From the NCBI GenBank assembly GCA_010015805.1, contig ML978134.1:682001-746000 (forward strand): a stretch of 64,000 nucleotides of DNA, given 5' to 3'. Both the position numbers and the translations under genes were made by a program. The DNA comes from Rhizodiscina lignyota (taxonomy: Eukaryota). The notes under the pieces are model-generated. The model saw only the letters and a program-made list of their open reading frames with translations, was not told where the DNA came from and did no database searches. Below, piece by piece: positions 26,601 through 38,619 of this stretch; position 1 is the first letter of the stretch, and each line of letters begins with the position of its first letter.

Positions 26601-27922
26601 CGAGCCTGCTCAGTTTATCAAGCAAATTGCTAAACATACCACTGGCCGCCAGAGCCCCTACGATTGTTCGTTGCATCCGTATTGGCCGCGCCATCCAATA
26701 CTCAGCATCACCTTTCTTGGCCTCCCCCGCCGGTCTCCGCACCTCCGAAGACTATCGAATTAGTTCTGGGACATTCTTTAAAGACCCTTACTTTCGTCGG
26801 CCAGATATCCCAGGTGTCACATGCAACGTATCTTGGATGGTCGTTGCCGTCAGAAGGCCATCCGCTGGTAGAGGGGTTGGGAAGGGCAATTTGGGTTAGA
26901 TCAGCCGAGCAGCCCGAACTCCACCAAAGAAGCTTGAGAGACTCCGAGATCAACCCTCGTTGTGCCCATGCGGGAAAAAATATGTACCGCGCAGCCATGG
27001 CACCGAAGTGCATCCTCGGCATCCGAAGACTAGGATTTCGACTTCATTCCTTCGCAGCTTGGATTGCTGCATACTGTTCCGTTCCCAGTGGGTGATCCCT
27101 CGAGCTTGATACAAGTGATCTACAGCCGTTAGTGGCCGACATTGTTGAAGCTGTTCATCACGCAGTCTTCAACTCTGTTTGTGCGCGGCGCCCTCGGTTC
27201 GACTCATTGACACCCTCCGGCCTCTCTTGCTTCCTTCTACATGCATAGGCATACTCGTCCTCACATCGATCCCCAGGATTGTAACGTAAGCGGCCACCGC
27301 AAGTGTCTCATCGAGTCGGTGAGAGGCCGTCGTTCACTCGTTGGACATGCGAATCGCCACAGTTGGAGCACTTCGCCGTAGCCACGATCGTGTCGCGGCC
27401 GCTCAACCCTGAGAAATGGACTGGTGTTTCAACCTCCTTGAGCTGGTTCTCAAACTTCCGCTCGAGGGCCAGCGTGTCGAGCAGCACCATATCAGAGTGT
27501 CGAGGACCTGTATCGTACGTTATGGATTTTCCAGATGTAAACCTTGCTACACGACACGATCTTTCCCATCCAGTTTCTAAGAATGGCACTGCTGACATCT
27601 GGTCGTTCCACTGCACTTAATCTGGTTCGGCTGCTGAGAGGAGCATGCAGAATTCAGTTTATTGTTTAATATTGTAAAGGAGTGTCAAAAACTATATCGC
27701 GAAAGGAGATTCAATGCCGTGGCTATGCTAGAGGGAGAGTCATTATACAAGTTACTGCTATGCCTGTTTCACTTCTAGTTCCAGCACATCCATATACTCG
27801 ACCGACAACGAATCAGGAGTGAATACCGCCATTCCAGAACGCAAACTCGCCTCTTCGATGGTCTATATCTTCAGCTAGGGATTGCACACAGCCGCAAACC
27901 CCCCAACGTTCTAGAATTTTCA

Positions 27923-28506
27923 TTAGACAGCTAGTTGGCCGTTGGGGCCCGGTTGAGCATACGTCGACGGAGGCGTATCTACAGGATCGTTGCAGTCTGC
28001 AAAGCCGACGATGACATTATTACCTGCCGTATCGAAAACTTGGCCGCTCCAGCTGCCTTGTGACTTCTGTTGGCAGGCAACTCGAAGGCTGTCTTGAGCT
28101 GTTGTGGCCACTGTGGCACAGGTAACCGAAAAGTCCGCGTTGGGACCCTACAAGACGTGAGACCGCTATTCGAGCCCGCGGGGCGGAAAGGCGATGTACT
28201 CACTGCGCACACGTACACGCCACTGGTATTGATGCATTCGATACGCGAACACGAGTTTTGCGACGCTGTACACGTCTGTTGGTTGTTGGCGGTGTTGCCA
28301 CTATCGCCGAGGTTCGACAAGTTCGTGTCAGTGTCGGCACCGCTTGCAGTTGCAAAGCTGCCGCAAAAGCCTCCGTTCAGAGCTAGCAGTTGCTAGCGTT
28401 TTCCAAGGGAATCGTGGTGTGCCGTCGCGTTCGCCAGGGTGTCGGGAGGCGCTGCACTCGCCGACGCTATGAGTGTAAGAACTGTTGCAAGCATGAAGGC
28501 CTTCAT
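27923..28506 (-). pseudogene. Small secreted cysteine-rich protein, paralog A, with in-frame TAG at 28393-28395
   Basis: MKAFMLATVLTLIASASA signal peptide, ...LGKR*QLLALNGGFCGSFATA...CTASQNSCSRIECINTSGVYVCA; intron 28148-28203; ...SGQVF...CNDPVDTPPSTYAQPGPNG. Collinear with the gene at 29763. Confidence 0.8.
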
Positions 28507-28805
28507 TGTTGATGGAGTTCTACGTTCTTTGCTAAGTGCCTGCTGAGAATGGACAGGAAAAGTGCAGGAGCGCTTGTAGATGATGCTTCGCCTCTGCTTT
28601 CACGGATTAGGTAGAAATGAATACGTCAAAGGAAACACAGATTAGGATAGGAAAAAATGAGAATGGAAATAAGGAAAAAGAGCAAGGAAATGGATGCTTC
28701 TGATTGATCTTTAAGGTGGTATGGATAGTAAGATATGAAAGAAAGAGACAGTACCATATATATGCACGAACGAGATCGACATTGATTGTTGCTTAAATTT
28801 CATTA

Positions 28806-29064
28806 CCGTACTTTTCGTGGAGAGTCGTTGTACGCTGAAAAGCCTACTAACCCTCTAAGGTAGATAGTAGATACCTCCCTATACGTTAGCTTAGAGGATA
28901 ATCTTGGGAGATATTATTTTTAGTTATTGAGGCGTAATTTTAAGAGCGTACTCGATTTACGAGCGCTAATTGTATTGGCTATACCTTAACCGTACACTGA
29001 TCGAGGACAGCCTACCGAAGCCACGGCTTTTTTAGCGTATAACGACTCTCCACGAAAAGTACGG
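28806..29064. mobile_element. MITE, Tc1/mariner-type (TA target), 259 bp
   Basis: TIRs of about 40 bp (CCGTACTTTTCGTGGAGAGTCGTTGTACGCTGAAAAGCC and its near-perfect reverse complement ending at 29064), flanked by TA at 28804-05 and 29065-66. AT-rich, non-coding interior. Confidence 0.9.
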
Positions 29065-29762
29065 TAGTCTCGGAAGCTTTATGTAGTGCAGGCTCAAGTG
29101 AAGTTGTTAGGTGAAGTTGTCTAGCGGACCAGCGTTAAGCGGCGTCACCGCCAATCAAACGGATGTACATAGCCGATCGCTAACCTATTTTAGTTCCCCC
29201 CTTACCACATCAAGACATCAACGTTTCCCTTCAGATATACCATCAAAGTCTCCGGCCTCGCCTGCCAGACTCGGCGTCTATTGGCCAACTTGATCAGGAT
29301 GCAGTAGCCGAAGCGCAGGTTCTACCGTGAAATTCGGCCGACATTCGCTTTGCGCTAAAAACGGGCGGTTGTGCAATCTCACTGTTGCTAACTCAAGCAT
29401 TGGAGGTATCGACTACCTCTACTTGCCATTGATCTATTGGTCAAAAGGTATCTGTGCACAGCCATCCATTTTTAGCGCAAAGCGAATGTCGCCGAATTTC
29501 ACGGTATCCTTGTGCCATGTACTCCGTAGGGTTGGTAAAGGCCGTGATAGCGTCATGGAGCCTCATAGGTACAAGTATCTATCACCGCTCTACGCTGAAC
29601 TTGGCTCAAGACAAAACAGCAACAAACATAATCTACGATATTTTCCTAAATACTCTATTTCCTTTCGTTTTCCCTTACTTTCCTTGTTCCCTTGTTAATT
29701 GCATTTCTTCCTTCATTTTTCCATTCGATCTTTAACCAACCCAAAAGACACTACTCTTTACA

Positions 29763-30399
29763 ATGAAGTTTTCCCAATCATCAGCGATCCTGGCATTCGC
29801 TGCCCTTGCGTACGCCGCGCCACACCGCAACATGCCCATCTCCAAGCGACAGCATCGGGCAGACCTGGTGCTTGGCTTGAACGGAGGATTCTGCGGTGTA
29901 TTTGCAACTGCGGATGGTGATGATACGCAAACGAACCTCGACAGGATCGGCAATAACGGCGAGACCTGCACCGCTACCAAAGGAACCTGCTCAAGGATCG
30001 GCTGTCTCAACACCTCTGCCATCTACATCTGCGCATCCCAGAACTCGGACTTTAGCCAATCCTGCGCGAGCGTCGTACAGACAATCGGGGAAACCATCCA
30101 GGGGACCTGCTCAGCGAGTAGTGCTGTCCAAAACGGCGGCCCGCTCAGTGGTCAGCTTTTCCTTCAGGACGGGACCAACTTCGTACGCCTGCGACTTATG
30201 TGATGAATTTCCCTGACGCGTTGCTAACACTTCATGATAGGTTATTGGTTTTGGGAACTGCAACGATCCTGCCAGCACACCTCCTTCGAGCTACGCGCAG
30301 CCTGGTCCGAACGGGGCCCCAGCAACAAACTGCAAGATGAGCGCCACCGACAGCGTTGATGGCAACGGTGACTTTAGCATTCAATCCTCATGCCAGTGA
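29763..30399 (+). CDS. Small secreted cysteine-rich protein, paralog B (intact, about 192 aa)
   Basis: Signal peptide MKFSQSSAILAFAALAYA, Kex2-like KR, 'NGGFCGVFATA..CTATKGTCSRIGCLNTSAIYIC..SGQLF'. Intron 30183-30240; exon 2 VIGFGNCNDPASTPPSSYAQPGPNG...SCQ*. Confidence 0.88.
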
Positions 30400-31158
30400 A
30401 GCGCTGTGTGCTCCGCCTCGTCGAGGACACAGAGTGCCTTGCATGGCTGTGAAGCAGTATTCATGTTGGCAATACGACTTGTATCGACTGTTGCAGCCAG
30501 CACGTAGCTATACTTGTTGTTGTCTTGGGCAAGCATTCTCATGCATATCGGTAGCGTTTGGGATGCTTCCTTTTGTAGTGTCATTTTATTCGCTCTTTGA
30601 ACCTGTAAATTCTATCATAAAACTCAAAACCACATGTTCTTGCTTAAACACTTCCGGCATCTGTCAAAGTAGTACAGAGACGGTTACATTACGCCTGCTT
30701 CAATAACTAAGTGCTATTGTCGCTGTTCCTACCTTATGAGGTTCAAGTGCGGAGTACTTACTACGTAGCGCTGCCATCTCCAGCACCCGAGCCAAGTGAG
30801 TCGAAGAGACTTTCGGTAGTTAGGACCATGCATTCCACAGCCGTGCGCCACAAGCAGAACGAAAATCTGCGTATAACGCCAGAGGACTTGCGAATTCTAC
30901 TTATAGCGCTCGTAACGATGCTGTTGTACAATTGAACGTAGTAAAACAAAACACCTCCCGACTTTTGAGTGCACCAGACAAGTTCCACCCACCGCTGTAT
31001 GAGAACGCAGGAACGCAAAAAACCAACCGAGTACAGACAATCGGCCGTAATGTCAGACTTCGTCAATCCTTAAACCCCAAACCTCACTCTTTTCAACAGT
31101 ACCGGTCGAACGCGAAATCTAGTCGTACACCTCTCTGATCCGCATTGATTCACCGCTC

Positions 31159-34100
31159 TCAACTAGCATTGACAAGCACATAGCTTGTCACTGCTCCCAT
31201 TCTCTCGCTCGTCAATCTCAAGCCAACTCTTAGAAGCTCCATCTCTCCCTCCGGCCACTCTCTGCCGAGACGCTCCCACTCTTCCTTTCTCAGCACCCAA
31301 GCTACACCACCCTTCTCAACAGTGACCGTCGCGCTGCGCTCGACACCCGCGAAGAACGGTAGCTCGCCGCACGTCGTGCCTGCCACTATGCTTTCCTGAT
31401 AGCTGCCTTGCTCGAGGTCGTACGTACAGGTCAAAATGCCTTCTTCGAGGAGATAGAAGCCGGTTGCGCGGTCGCCCGCAGAGTATAGCACAGAGCCCTG
31501 TTCGAGGGATAAACGAGAAAAATATGGCACGGAACGATACCAGAAGTCGATGTCCTTGTCGGAGTAGTTACGGAATGTCTGCAAGATCAGCAGCAGCGGT
31601 TGACTGAGGCCAGACCATTTCGGCGGAGGTATGGCGTCGTTATCCTCCAGCGTGGTTGTGGCCGCTTGATGCAGAAAATTACGGCGCGGGCTGGCAAAAC
31701 TTGCATCCAGGCTCGTGGCACGGGGTGATGGGCTCCCAGAGACACCAACGGGAAGGGAGGCGGTCACGGGTTGTCCTAGCTGTGTGGAAATAGCGTCGGA
31801 GCGTGCTTTAAACGCGATGAGTTGGTCATTCTCGCACGCTTCGAGGGCCTTGTTGAGGTCTTCAAAAACACGTGGAGGAGTGTCGAATCGGTCATCCTCA
31901 TCAGAATTGAAGAGGCCAACCATAGCTAGACTAAGACCGAGCTCGCCAGACATGCTAATTCCCGAAAGCACCATTGCGACATTCTTGTGATGCAGAATGC
32001 GTCTAAGGCGCGCAAAAGCTTCCGCGGCCGAGAAGTCAAGGCCAGTGACATGACGGAAGTCAAGGACAAGAAAGCGGATCGGCTGTCGGGAGAACTCGTC
32101 TTCGTCGATGAGCCGGCGAACTTGCTTCTCCACGTCGACAATGGTGCCGAAGAAGAGATATCCTGCAAGTTTGAAGACCCGGAGTTGAGAGCCGACTTCA
32201 TGCAGAAAGCGGCGGTGGACAGGATGACGGCGTACGGTCGATTCTGCGATGGATCCTGAATAGACTGCCCGAACGGCGGAAATACGGGAGGTCTGAACGA
32301 CGAAAATGAGGGACGAGAGGATGATGCCGATGACAATGCCCACGACGAAATCGTGAAAGCCCATCACGAGAACGATGACAAGGATCTGCGCAATTAAGAT
32401 GTCAGAGTTGTTGCACATTTCATAGTAACGGAGAACCAATTTGAGACATACCATGAGATATTCGAGCTTGTGTATGCGCCCAAAAGTATCCCACAATGCT
32501 TCCTTGACTAGATCAATGCCAAGGAGATAGATGAGCGTGCCGACAATCATCTTGGGGATAAACCCAATCGCCTCTGGGCCAGCCATCCACGTCGCCAATG
32601 TGACAAGCGCGAGGAGGAAGCCCGCAAGTCGGCTGTTGCCACCGTTTCGGATGAACATCTGACTGTTCGCATAAACCAAGTAGTTCTAAGCAAAGTAAGT
32701 AAACTAATTCTGCTTAGCGGTTAGAACGAGTGTACCTGTATGCTACCGGCAAAGCCAGAAATGGTATTCGACAAGCCATGATTGATGAGCTCCTGATTCG
32801 TGCTAATATCGTCCTCCTGCACAGCTAGCGCAAGAGCAGGCACGTTTATGGGAACGTGGATGATGCCAAAGAACGACAGTGCAAACATAGTCGGGATGCA
32901 CTTCGCGATCGCAGTCCAGTCCACGATTTTAAGATCTGGTCTACGTCAGCATTTTAGGGCTCAGATGAGGAATGATGACTCCTTACTGTAAAAGGAATAG
33001 AAATGATAGAATGCCACACCGGATTGCGGCTTTTCAAACACCCAACCAGAATCCCGGAGGTCTTCCAGGCTGAGCTTCGGAGTGGCAGCAACAATGATAT
33101 AAAAGAAGGCCATAATGGAAATGAAGTACGCTGGGACAATCCAAGGTCGCTCTGAGAAAAGCTTCATGACAAATAAAATGATTGCCAGCACTAAAGGAAC
33201 CGTCCACAAAGGCAACGTGTCAAGCCTGATCAGCTTCTGCAGTGTAGCTATATCATACTCCAGGTTGCCGTTGATCCCAGCAGAGACTTCGATGCCAGTT
33301 AAAAAGAGGAAAACACCAACACCGCCAATGCAGCCTGTTAGAATACTCCGAGGGAAGAAGCTCACGAGATTGCCCAGCTTGAAGATCCCCAGTAACAGGA
33401 AGATGATGCCTGTCATAACGGAGCTCATAATGTAGGAGACGTAAACAGTGGCCATAATCGATTCAGTAGCAGCTGCAGCGCCCATTTGAGCCATGATGAG
33501 ATATGCCATCTTGTGAAAGAAGGGAACTACCTCGATCATTTCAGATCCTAATCAAGCGATACACATTAGCCGTGTTCATATTACAATAACTTCAGCTCTG
33601 ACTGAACGTTAAATCTGAGCAATCTCGAAGGTCCCAAACCCTCATGGCCCCAGAATCGATTGTCCACTAGCTTAGAAACGGAGTATTAAAATTTAGGTTC
33701 TTACCAACGCCTCCTTTGAATTTAGACCTGCACGAATATATCACTTGGGATATGACTGTGCTCACGAAGAAGATGGCAATACCATCAGGTCCGGTGTCTG
33801 CAAAGATGGCTTCCCCAAGTGGAAATAGGATCGTGCCGTATGACAGAGCATCGAGAACATTAAGGAGCCAACCCAAGAAAACAGCCGGTAGAGCAGTGGC
33901 GACAGATTTCATTCCGTACAAGGCGCCTCCCCCCAGACTCTTTGGAGTCCATGTTTTCGGAGTGGTCAGTGTTCGCCAAAATGCGGCAGTCTGACTGCGT
34001 GCATCTTGTAACGTTCCCTTTCTGACCGAAGCTTCCTGACTCTCCACTTGGCCTGGATCCTTGGATGTTCTCTTAAAACCTGTCCTTGGCATCCCGGCCT

Positions 34101-34828
34101 TGGGTAGCAGCGAGGTTCTCTCATCAGGCTCGATTGTATCCGCATTTTCTACGACAACTTCAGGAACATTGTTGGTGCCCATATCTGAAGTTGGATCCTC
34201 TCGTGTAACCGATGTATAGCCATCCGCTATTGGCATTTCAGCCGTATCTTCTGCTTCCGGCGATACTGGCTCCGATACCTCTTGAATAGCGTCCGGTAGC
34301 GCGGACTCCAAAGAGTCTCTCCCTTCCCCTTGCTCTGAATCACTGACTAATGACTCGGAGCGTCTTCGTGAGTATGTATCGGCATCTGCTGAGGGTGTAT
34401 ATGGCCGTTGTGTGGGTGAAGGGCCGCGAGGAAGTGAACTTGATTGCTCCAATCCCCAGATTGCTAGCTGTTGGGTTTGTTCTCTCACGCCCTGAGAGGA
34501 ATAGTGTACGGGTTCTAAGTTTTGTTTCTATTAGTAGGTGTTCCCTATTCACAGTCGGGTGTAGAAAGGTAGAGTGTAACCTACCAACTGATCCTGATAT
34601 ATTGTGCGCGAAAGACCGTGTTGGTATGCGGTGACCAACTGACGATGAGAGCAATTGGCCGGAGGATGAAGCCGATCGTTTTCGTGGAGCAGGTAGTGGT
34701 CGACTGGAGGAATGAGAGGACAACTGTGACACGTCTTCGTCTTCGACTTCATCGTTGGTGAATGGGAGTCGCCGTTGCAATGACGCCGGTGAGCCACCAG
34801 AGCGGCTCCATCGCGGCGGAACCGACAT
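31159..34828 (-). CDS. VSB1: SLC26/SulP-family transporter with STAS and cNMP-binding-like domains (Vsb1/YGR125W-like)
   Basis: Multi-exon. 'LLNVLDALSYG.ILFP', 'SEMIEVVPFFH', 'FFGIIHVPINVPAL', STAS 'LAGYLFFGTI..LDFRHVTGLDFSAAEAF', C-terminal cupin/cNMP 'GFYLLEEG..GTTCGELPFF'. Confidence 0.85.
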
Positions 34829-35898
34829 TGGCCTCTACGACGGAGGGGGTTACTGAAGAGACGGGTAAGGGACTGAAATACACCACAGCTCTGACGAGCT
34901 TTCGTAGCTGCGGGAGCTGTGAGGATTAAGGTTGAAGCTATGCACGGGAGCGATGACGGCTAAGGCCAGGGCGAGCCATCAAGGCCAACGAGACGGCATA
35001 TCAAGTAGTGAGGGGTAGTGCATTGTAGCTATACGGTTATATTTTAGAGAAGAAGTCTAGAATACACAGCGAGCAGTAAACCTCGGGAAGGGCAGACAGG
35101 AGAGATGAAAGGATAGCTCTTGCCGGGGTTGAGATAGTTGAGATGAAAATCTGAAGGCCCCACACGGAATGCCACTGGCTGGGGTAAGTCACGGCCCGTT
35201 CAGATACGCGTCTTGCCGCCCGGTCGTTATCTCAGACACACCAGCGATTGGACAATTACGAGCGATGGAGTATAAATTCCAGCTATGTGGCGAGCTACTC
35301 CATATACAGAGAGGTGATGTGGACCGTCGCAACTTTTGCTCGCGCTCCTGCAGAGCGTCGCGTGGCGTCATCCTTCCCTGCAAATTTCAGCCTCGCGCTG
35401 CTGCCCCGCAATCGATCTCCAAGCGGCCACTCGAACGTCGCTGGGCCTGCACGCTGCATGCGCCAGGAGCATGGGAAAGGTCGCAAAGAAAATTCTGCAG
35501 CTTCACGTTCGCCTCCAACCCAGCATTCCGGTAGAGGGCCTTTGCTCCACCAAGAACACTCTCCAGATTCAGAACATTGCCCTCATTAGCGTCCTCGGTT
35601 GGCCACAAAGAGCGTTCGTTCGGGACACCGGTCCGCCAATGCTTGTTCCACGCTGCATATTCCCCGCTCATGCCATACCTTTCTGTGACAATTCTGCTCT
35701 GATAATAACCTCCGCATCTCCTCATCTTCTACCAGCGTGTCCAGCTCGCCGTGCATTCCCAAGCTGTCATGCGGACAATAGCGAGAGCTTCTCCGGAACT
35801 CCCACCTTTCGAATTGCCGAGTACCAACGGATGGTGCGAAGTCGGACAAGTCGAACAGATGAATTCGCCAAGCCGGACTTGAAGAGTATGGGCAGACA

Positions 35899-36684
35899 TC
35901 AAGTCAACTTCTGCAGGTATCCCTGCGCAATAAGCCTCTCCACGTCACCCTGGCGAACGTAGAATTGGCTGTTTTTGCTCAATGTAATGGATCTGCAGCT
36001 CTTTATTAGCGTGAGAACCGTTTGACGCCATATCATGAAACAATTGGCATGAAAATAACGTACCCATATTCCGTCTGTATCTCCCCAGCGTCTTTCAGCA
36101 CCCTTACATCAATGAACAAATCTTTCGGCGGCTCCAGGCTTCCCGTCAAATCGATGTCCGTCCACTGGCCCTTATAAGCAGCAAGCAGATCTCCATACCG
36201 CCGCACATACTCCTCCTCTTCCGGACTCAGATTATTTCCACTTTCTCCTTCAGCACCAAGTGCAGCTCCTGCTCCTGACCCGCTCTGCTCTGCTTCGTCA
36301 CCACCTCCAGTTCCTTCTAAGACGTCAACCCCTGCCCAGCACTCCTCCTCCAATTTGTCTGTCCTTACGCGATGGTACGCTAGTAAGCATCTCTTGTTCC
36401 GGCGCATGGCAAGATGGTTTACGAGCAGCGCACACGCTGTGGCCGGATCGGAGGACGGGTCAAACGCGCCATTGAATGGTGCAAGCAGCGTCGAAACTTC
36501 TTTGTCGAGTGAGCGCACCTCTCGAGTCACACCGCGTACAGTGTCGGTGTGGTATGGCGGGAGATGCGCGAGAGATTGCGTGCGTTTCGCGTGCTGGGCC
36601 TGGAGGCATTCCATATTAGCTGGGGTCGGGGAATGGGGTAAAAGGATGCTGGCTCACCAGCTTCTGCCCCAATTCGCCGTACAT
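35899..36684 (-). CDS. PSF1: GINS complex subunit Psf1
   Basis: MYGELGQKL start, 'RRNKRCLLAYHRVR', 'DLTGSLEPPKDLFIDVRVLKDAGEIQTEYG', last exon SITLSKNSQFYVRQGDVERLIAQGYLQKLT*; two introns. Confidence 0.95.
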
Positions 36685-36760
36685 CTTGATGGTGTGGAGG
36701 GTTTGATAGAGGCAGTGGGGAGCAACAGAGTCGCGACTAGAGTTAAAGCATACAGTAAGG

Positions 36761-36805
36761 GAAGACGCGACCCCGCGACAAGGATCCGCGTCAAGCGCGG
36801 AAACT
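36761..36805. promoter_or_regulatory. MCB-like (ACGCG/CGCG) cluster upstream of PSF1
   Basis: GACGCGA, CCGCGA, CCGCGTC and GCGCGGAAA lie about 80-120 bp upstream of a replication gene, as expected for MBF-type G1/S regulation. Confidence 0.45.
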
Positions 36806-36841
36806 TCCGCCGAGCGACAGGGGTACTCTATCGTAGAGCAC

Positions 36842-37075
36842 CACGCGGGTGACAAAATAGTCGAGCCCGCTTTAATTGAACGGTTGTTATAAGAACAAGT
36901 TTTACTCTTCAGCACAAGCGAGAGCATCTCTAAAAGCTTGATTAAATATATGCTAGAGCGTATTTATCTAAAACGCGCAGCGTTAGTATGTATAATCTAT
37001 ATTAACTAGCGAGGGTATACACCCTTGCGGTTCAACACATTATAGCCATAACTCAACTTTTTTGTCACCCACTTA
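36842..37075 (+). mobile_element. Non-autonomous TIR element, 5-bp TSD family, copy 1
   Basis: CACGCGGGTGACAAAATAGTCGAG ... CTCAACTTTTTTGTCACCCACTTA; exact TSD AGCAC/AGCAC. Confidence 0.9.
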
Positions 37076-37303
37076 AGCACATATAAGCCCTGACAAGAAG
37101 GCTTCATGGTACAGATATTTTATGTTGTTCCAATATGTCGGCGGAGCTTCAAGCTCCGCACGTCGCCGTGGCATTTTGCGGGAGCCATTGAAGAGGGGTA
37201 ATGAAGTGGTTAGTCTGTACAACCCTTCAAACTCTCATGCAATTAACTAGCCTTTTCTTTGTAGGGCATTTCGTAGACAGAGACGTCCTCCAGCTCAATC
37301 ACT

Positions 37304-38505
37304 ATGACAGACATCAAACCTTTCAAAGTTGATATACCCCAAGCAGAAGTCGACCGACTATATCAAAAGCTCAGAGACACCAGAGTACCAACTCAGGACA
37401 TTGTGCCGGGAGCAGGGAGCGATTATGGCTTCACGACTGAATGGGCGACAAATTTGTATAATTACTGGCTAAATACATACTCCTGGTCCAAGGCACAAGA
37501 TGAAATGAATCAATGGCCGCACTTCACGACGGAGATTGAACATTTGAACGTTCATTTTATCCACCAAAAGTCTGAAGACCCCAATGCCATTCCCATTCTA
37601 CTGGTGCACGGATGGCCGGGCTCCTTCCATGAGTTCAGCGAAGTCATCAACCCACTCAGCGAAAAGCAGACTGGGCTACCGAGCTTCCATTGCGTCGTCC
37701 CAAGCCTTCCCGGTTACTGTTGGAGCTCTGGACCACCTCGTAGATGGACAATGAAGGACACCGCACGGGTGATGCATGCGCTGATGCGAAAGCTAGGATA
37801 CCATCAGTACTGCGTCCAGGCAGGAGACTGGGGCTCGCCAGTTGCCAGGGAGCTCGGGGCGAAGTACTCTGCGCACTGCAAGGTGATACATCTCAATTAC
37901 TGTCCCGGAGCTCTTCCAGAAGGCATAGAGGCCACAGAACGGGAGCTGGCGGTACAGGCGAAGGGGGTGGACTGGAGGACAGCGCATATCGGATATGCAG
38001 TACTGATGAGAACACGGCCGCACTGTGTTGGTTGGATGTTGCAAGATAATCCTGTCGGCCTGCTTGCATTCGTCGGTGAAAAGGTAAACCCTCCGTTGCA
38101 ACTATAGGTTGAGTGATCCCTGCTGATGTACCGCTTTAGTATGATGAAGCTGCAAATCCACAGATGCAAAGCAAGGATTCATGGAAGGACCACACCCTCA
38201 CCACAGTCTGTCTATACTATTTCAGCAACTGCATCATGACCAGTTGCCTGGCGTATTACGAGAACCCTCGACATGATCAGTTTGCAGCAGAAGCATTGAA
38301 GGAAGAGAATCTCATCAAAAGCCCATTTGGCTATACCAGCATGTGGTACGACACTGCTCCAAATAGCCAGCGAGCTGTGGAGCGCACAGGTAACCTCGTA
38401 TTTTATCGAGAGCGAGATTATGCGGGCCATTTTGCATGCCTCGAGGATCCAACTGGAATCGTCGAAGATGTTCGAGAGGTAGTTAGCAAGCACTGGCATA
38501 ATTAG
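37304..38505 (+). CDS. Epoxide hydrolase (EHN + alpha/beta hydrolase)
   Basis: 'IKPFKVDIP', 'LLVHGWPGSF', nucleophile 'QAGDWG', 'GHFACLE'; intron 38084-38139. Confidence 0.93.
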
Positions 38506-38619
38506 AAGAATAGAGCACGACTCAGTCCCTCTGACGTGGCAGATCTCCCGTCCCCACTTCAGGAACTCGACGCTGAGAAATGTGAATTCTGGTGAATCTT
38601 CGGCCTCGTGGGGATAATT

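Noticed and set aside
33549..33703. Intronic C/D snoRNA in the long intron of the SLC26 gene
   Set aside because: A CTGA is present, but there is no convincing RTGATGA C box or terminal stem.
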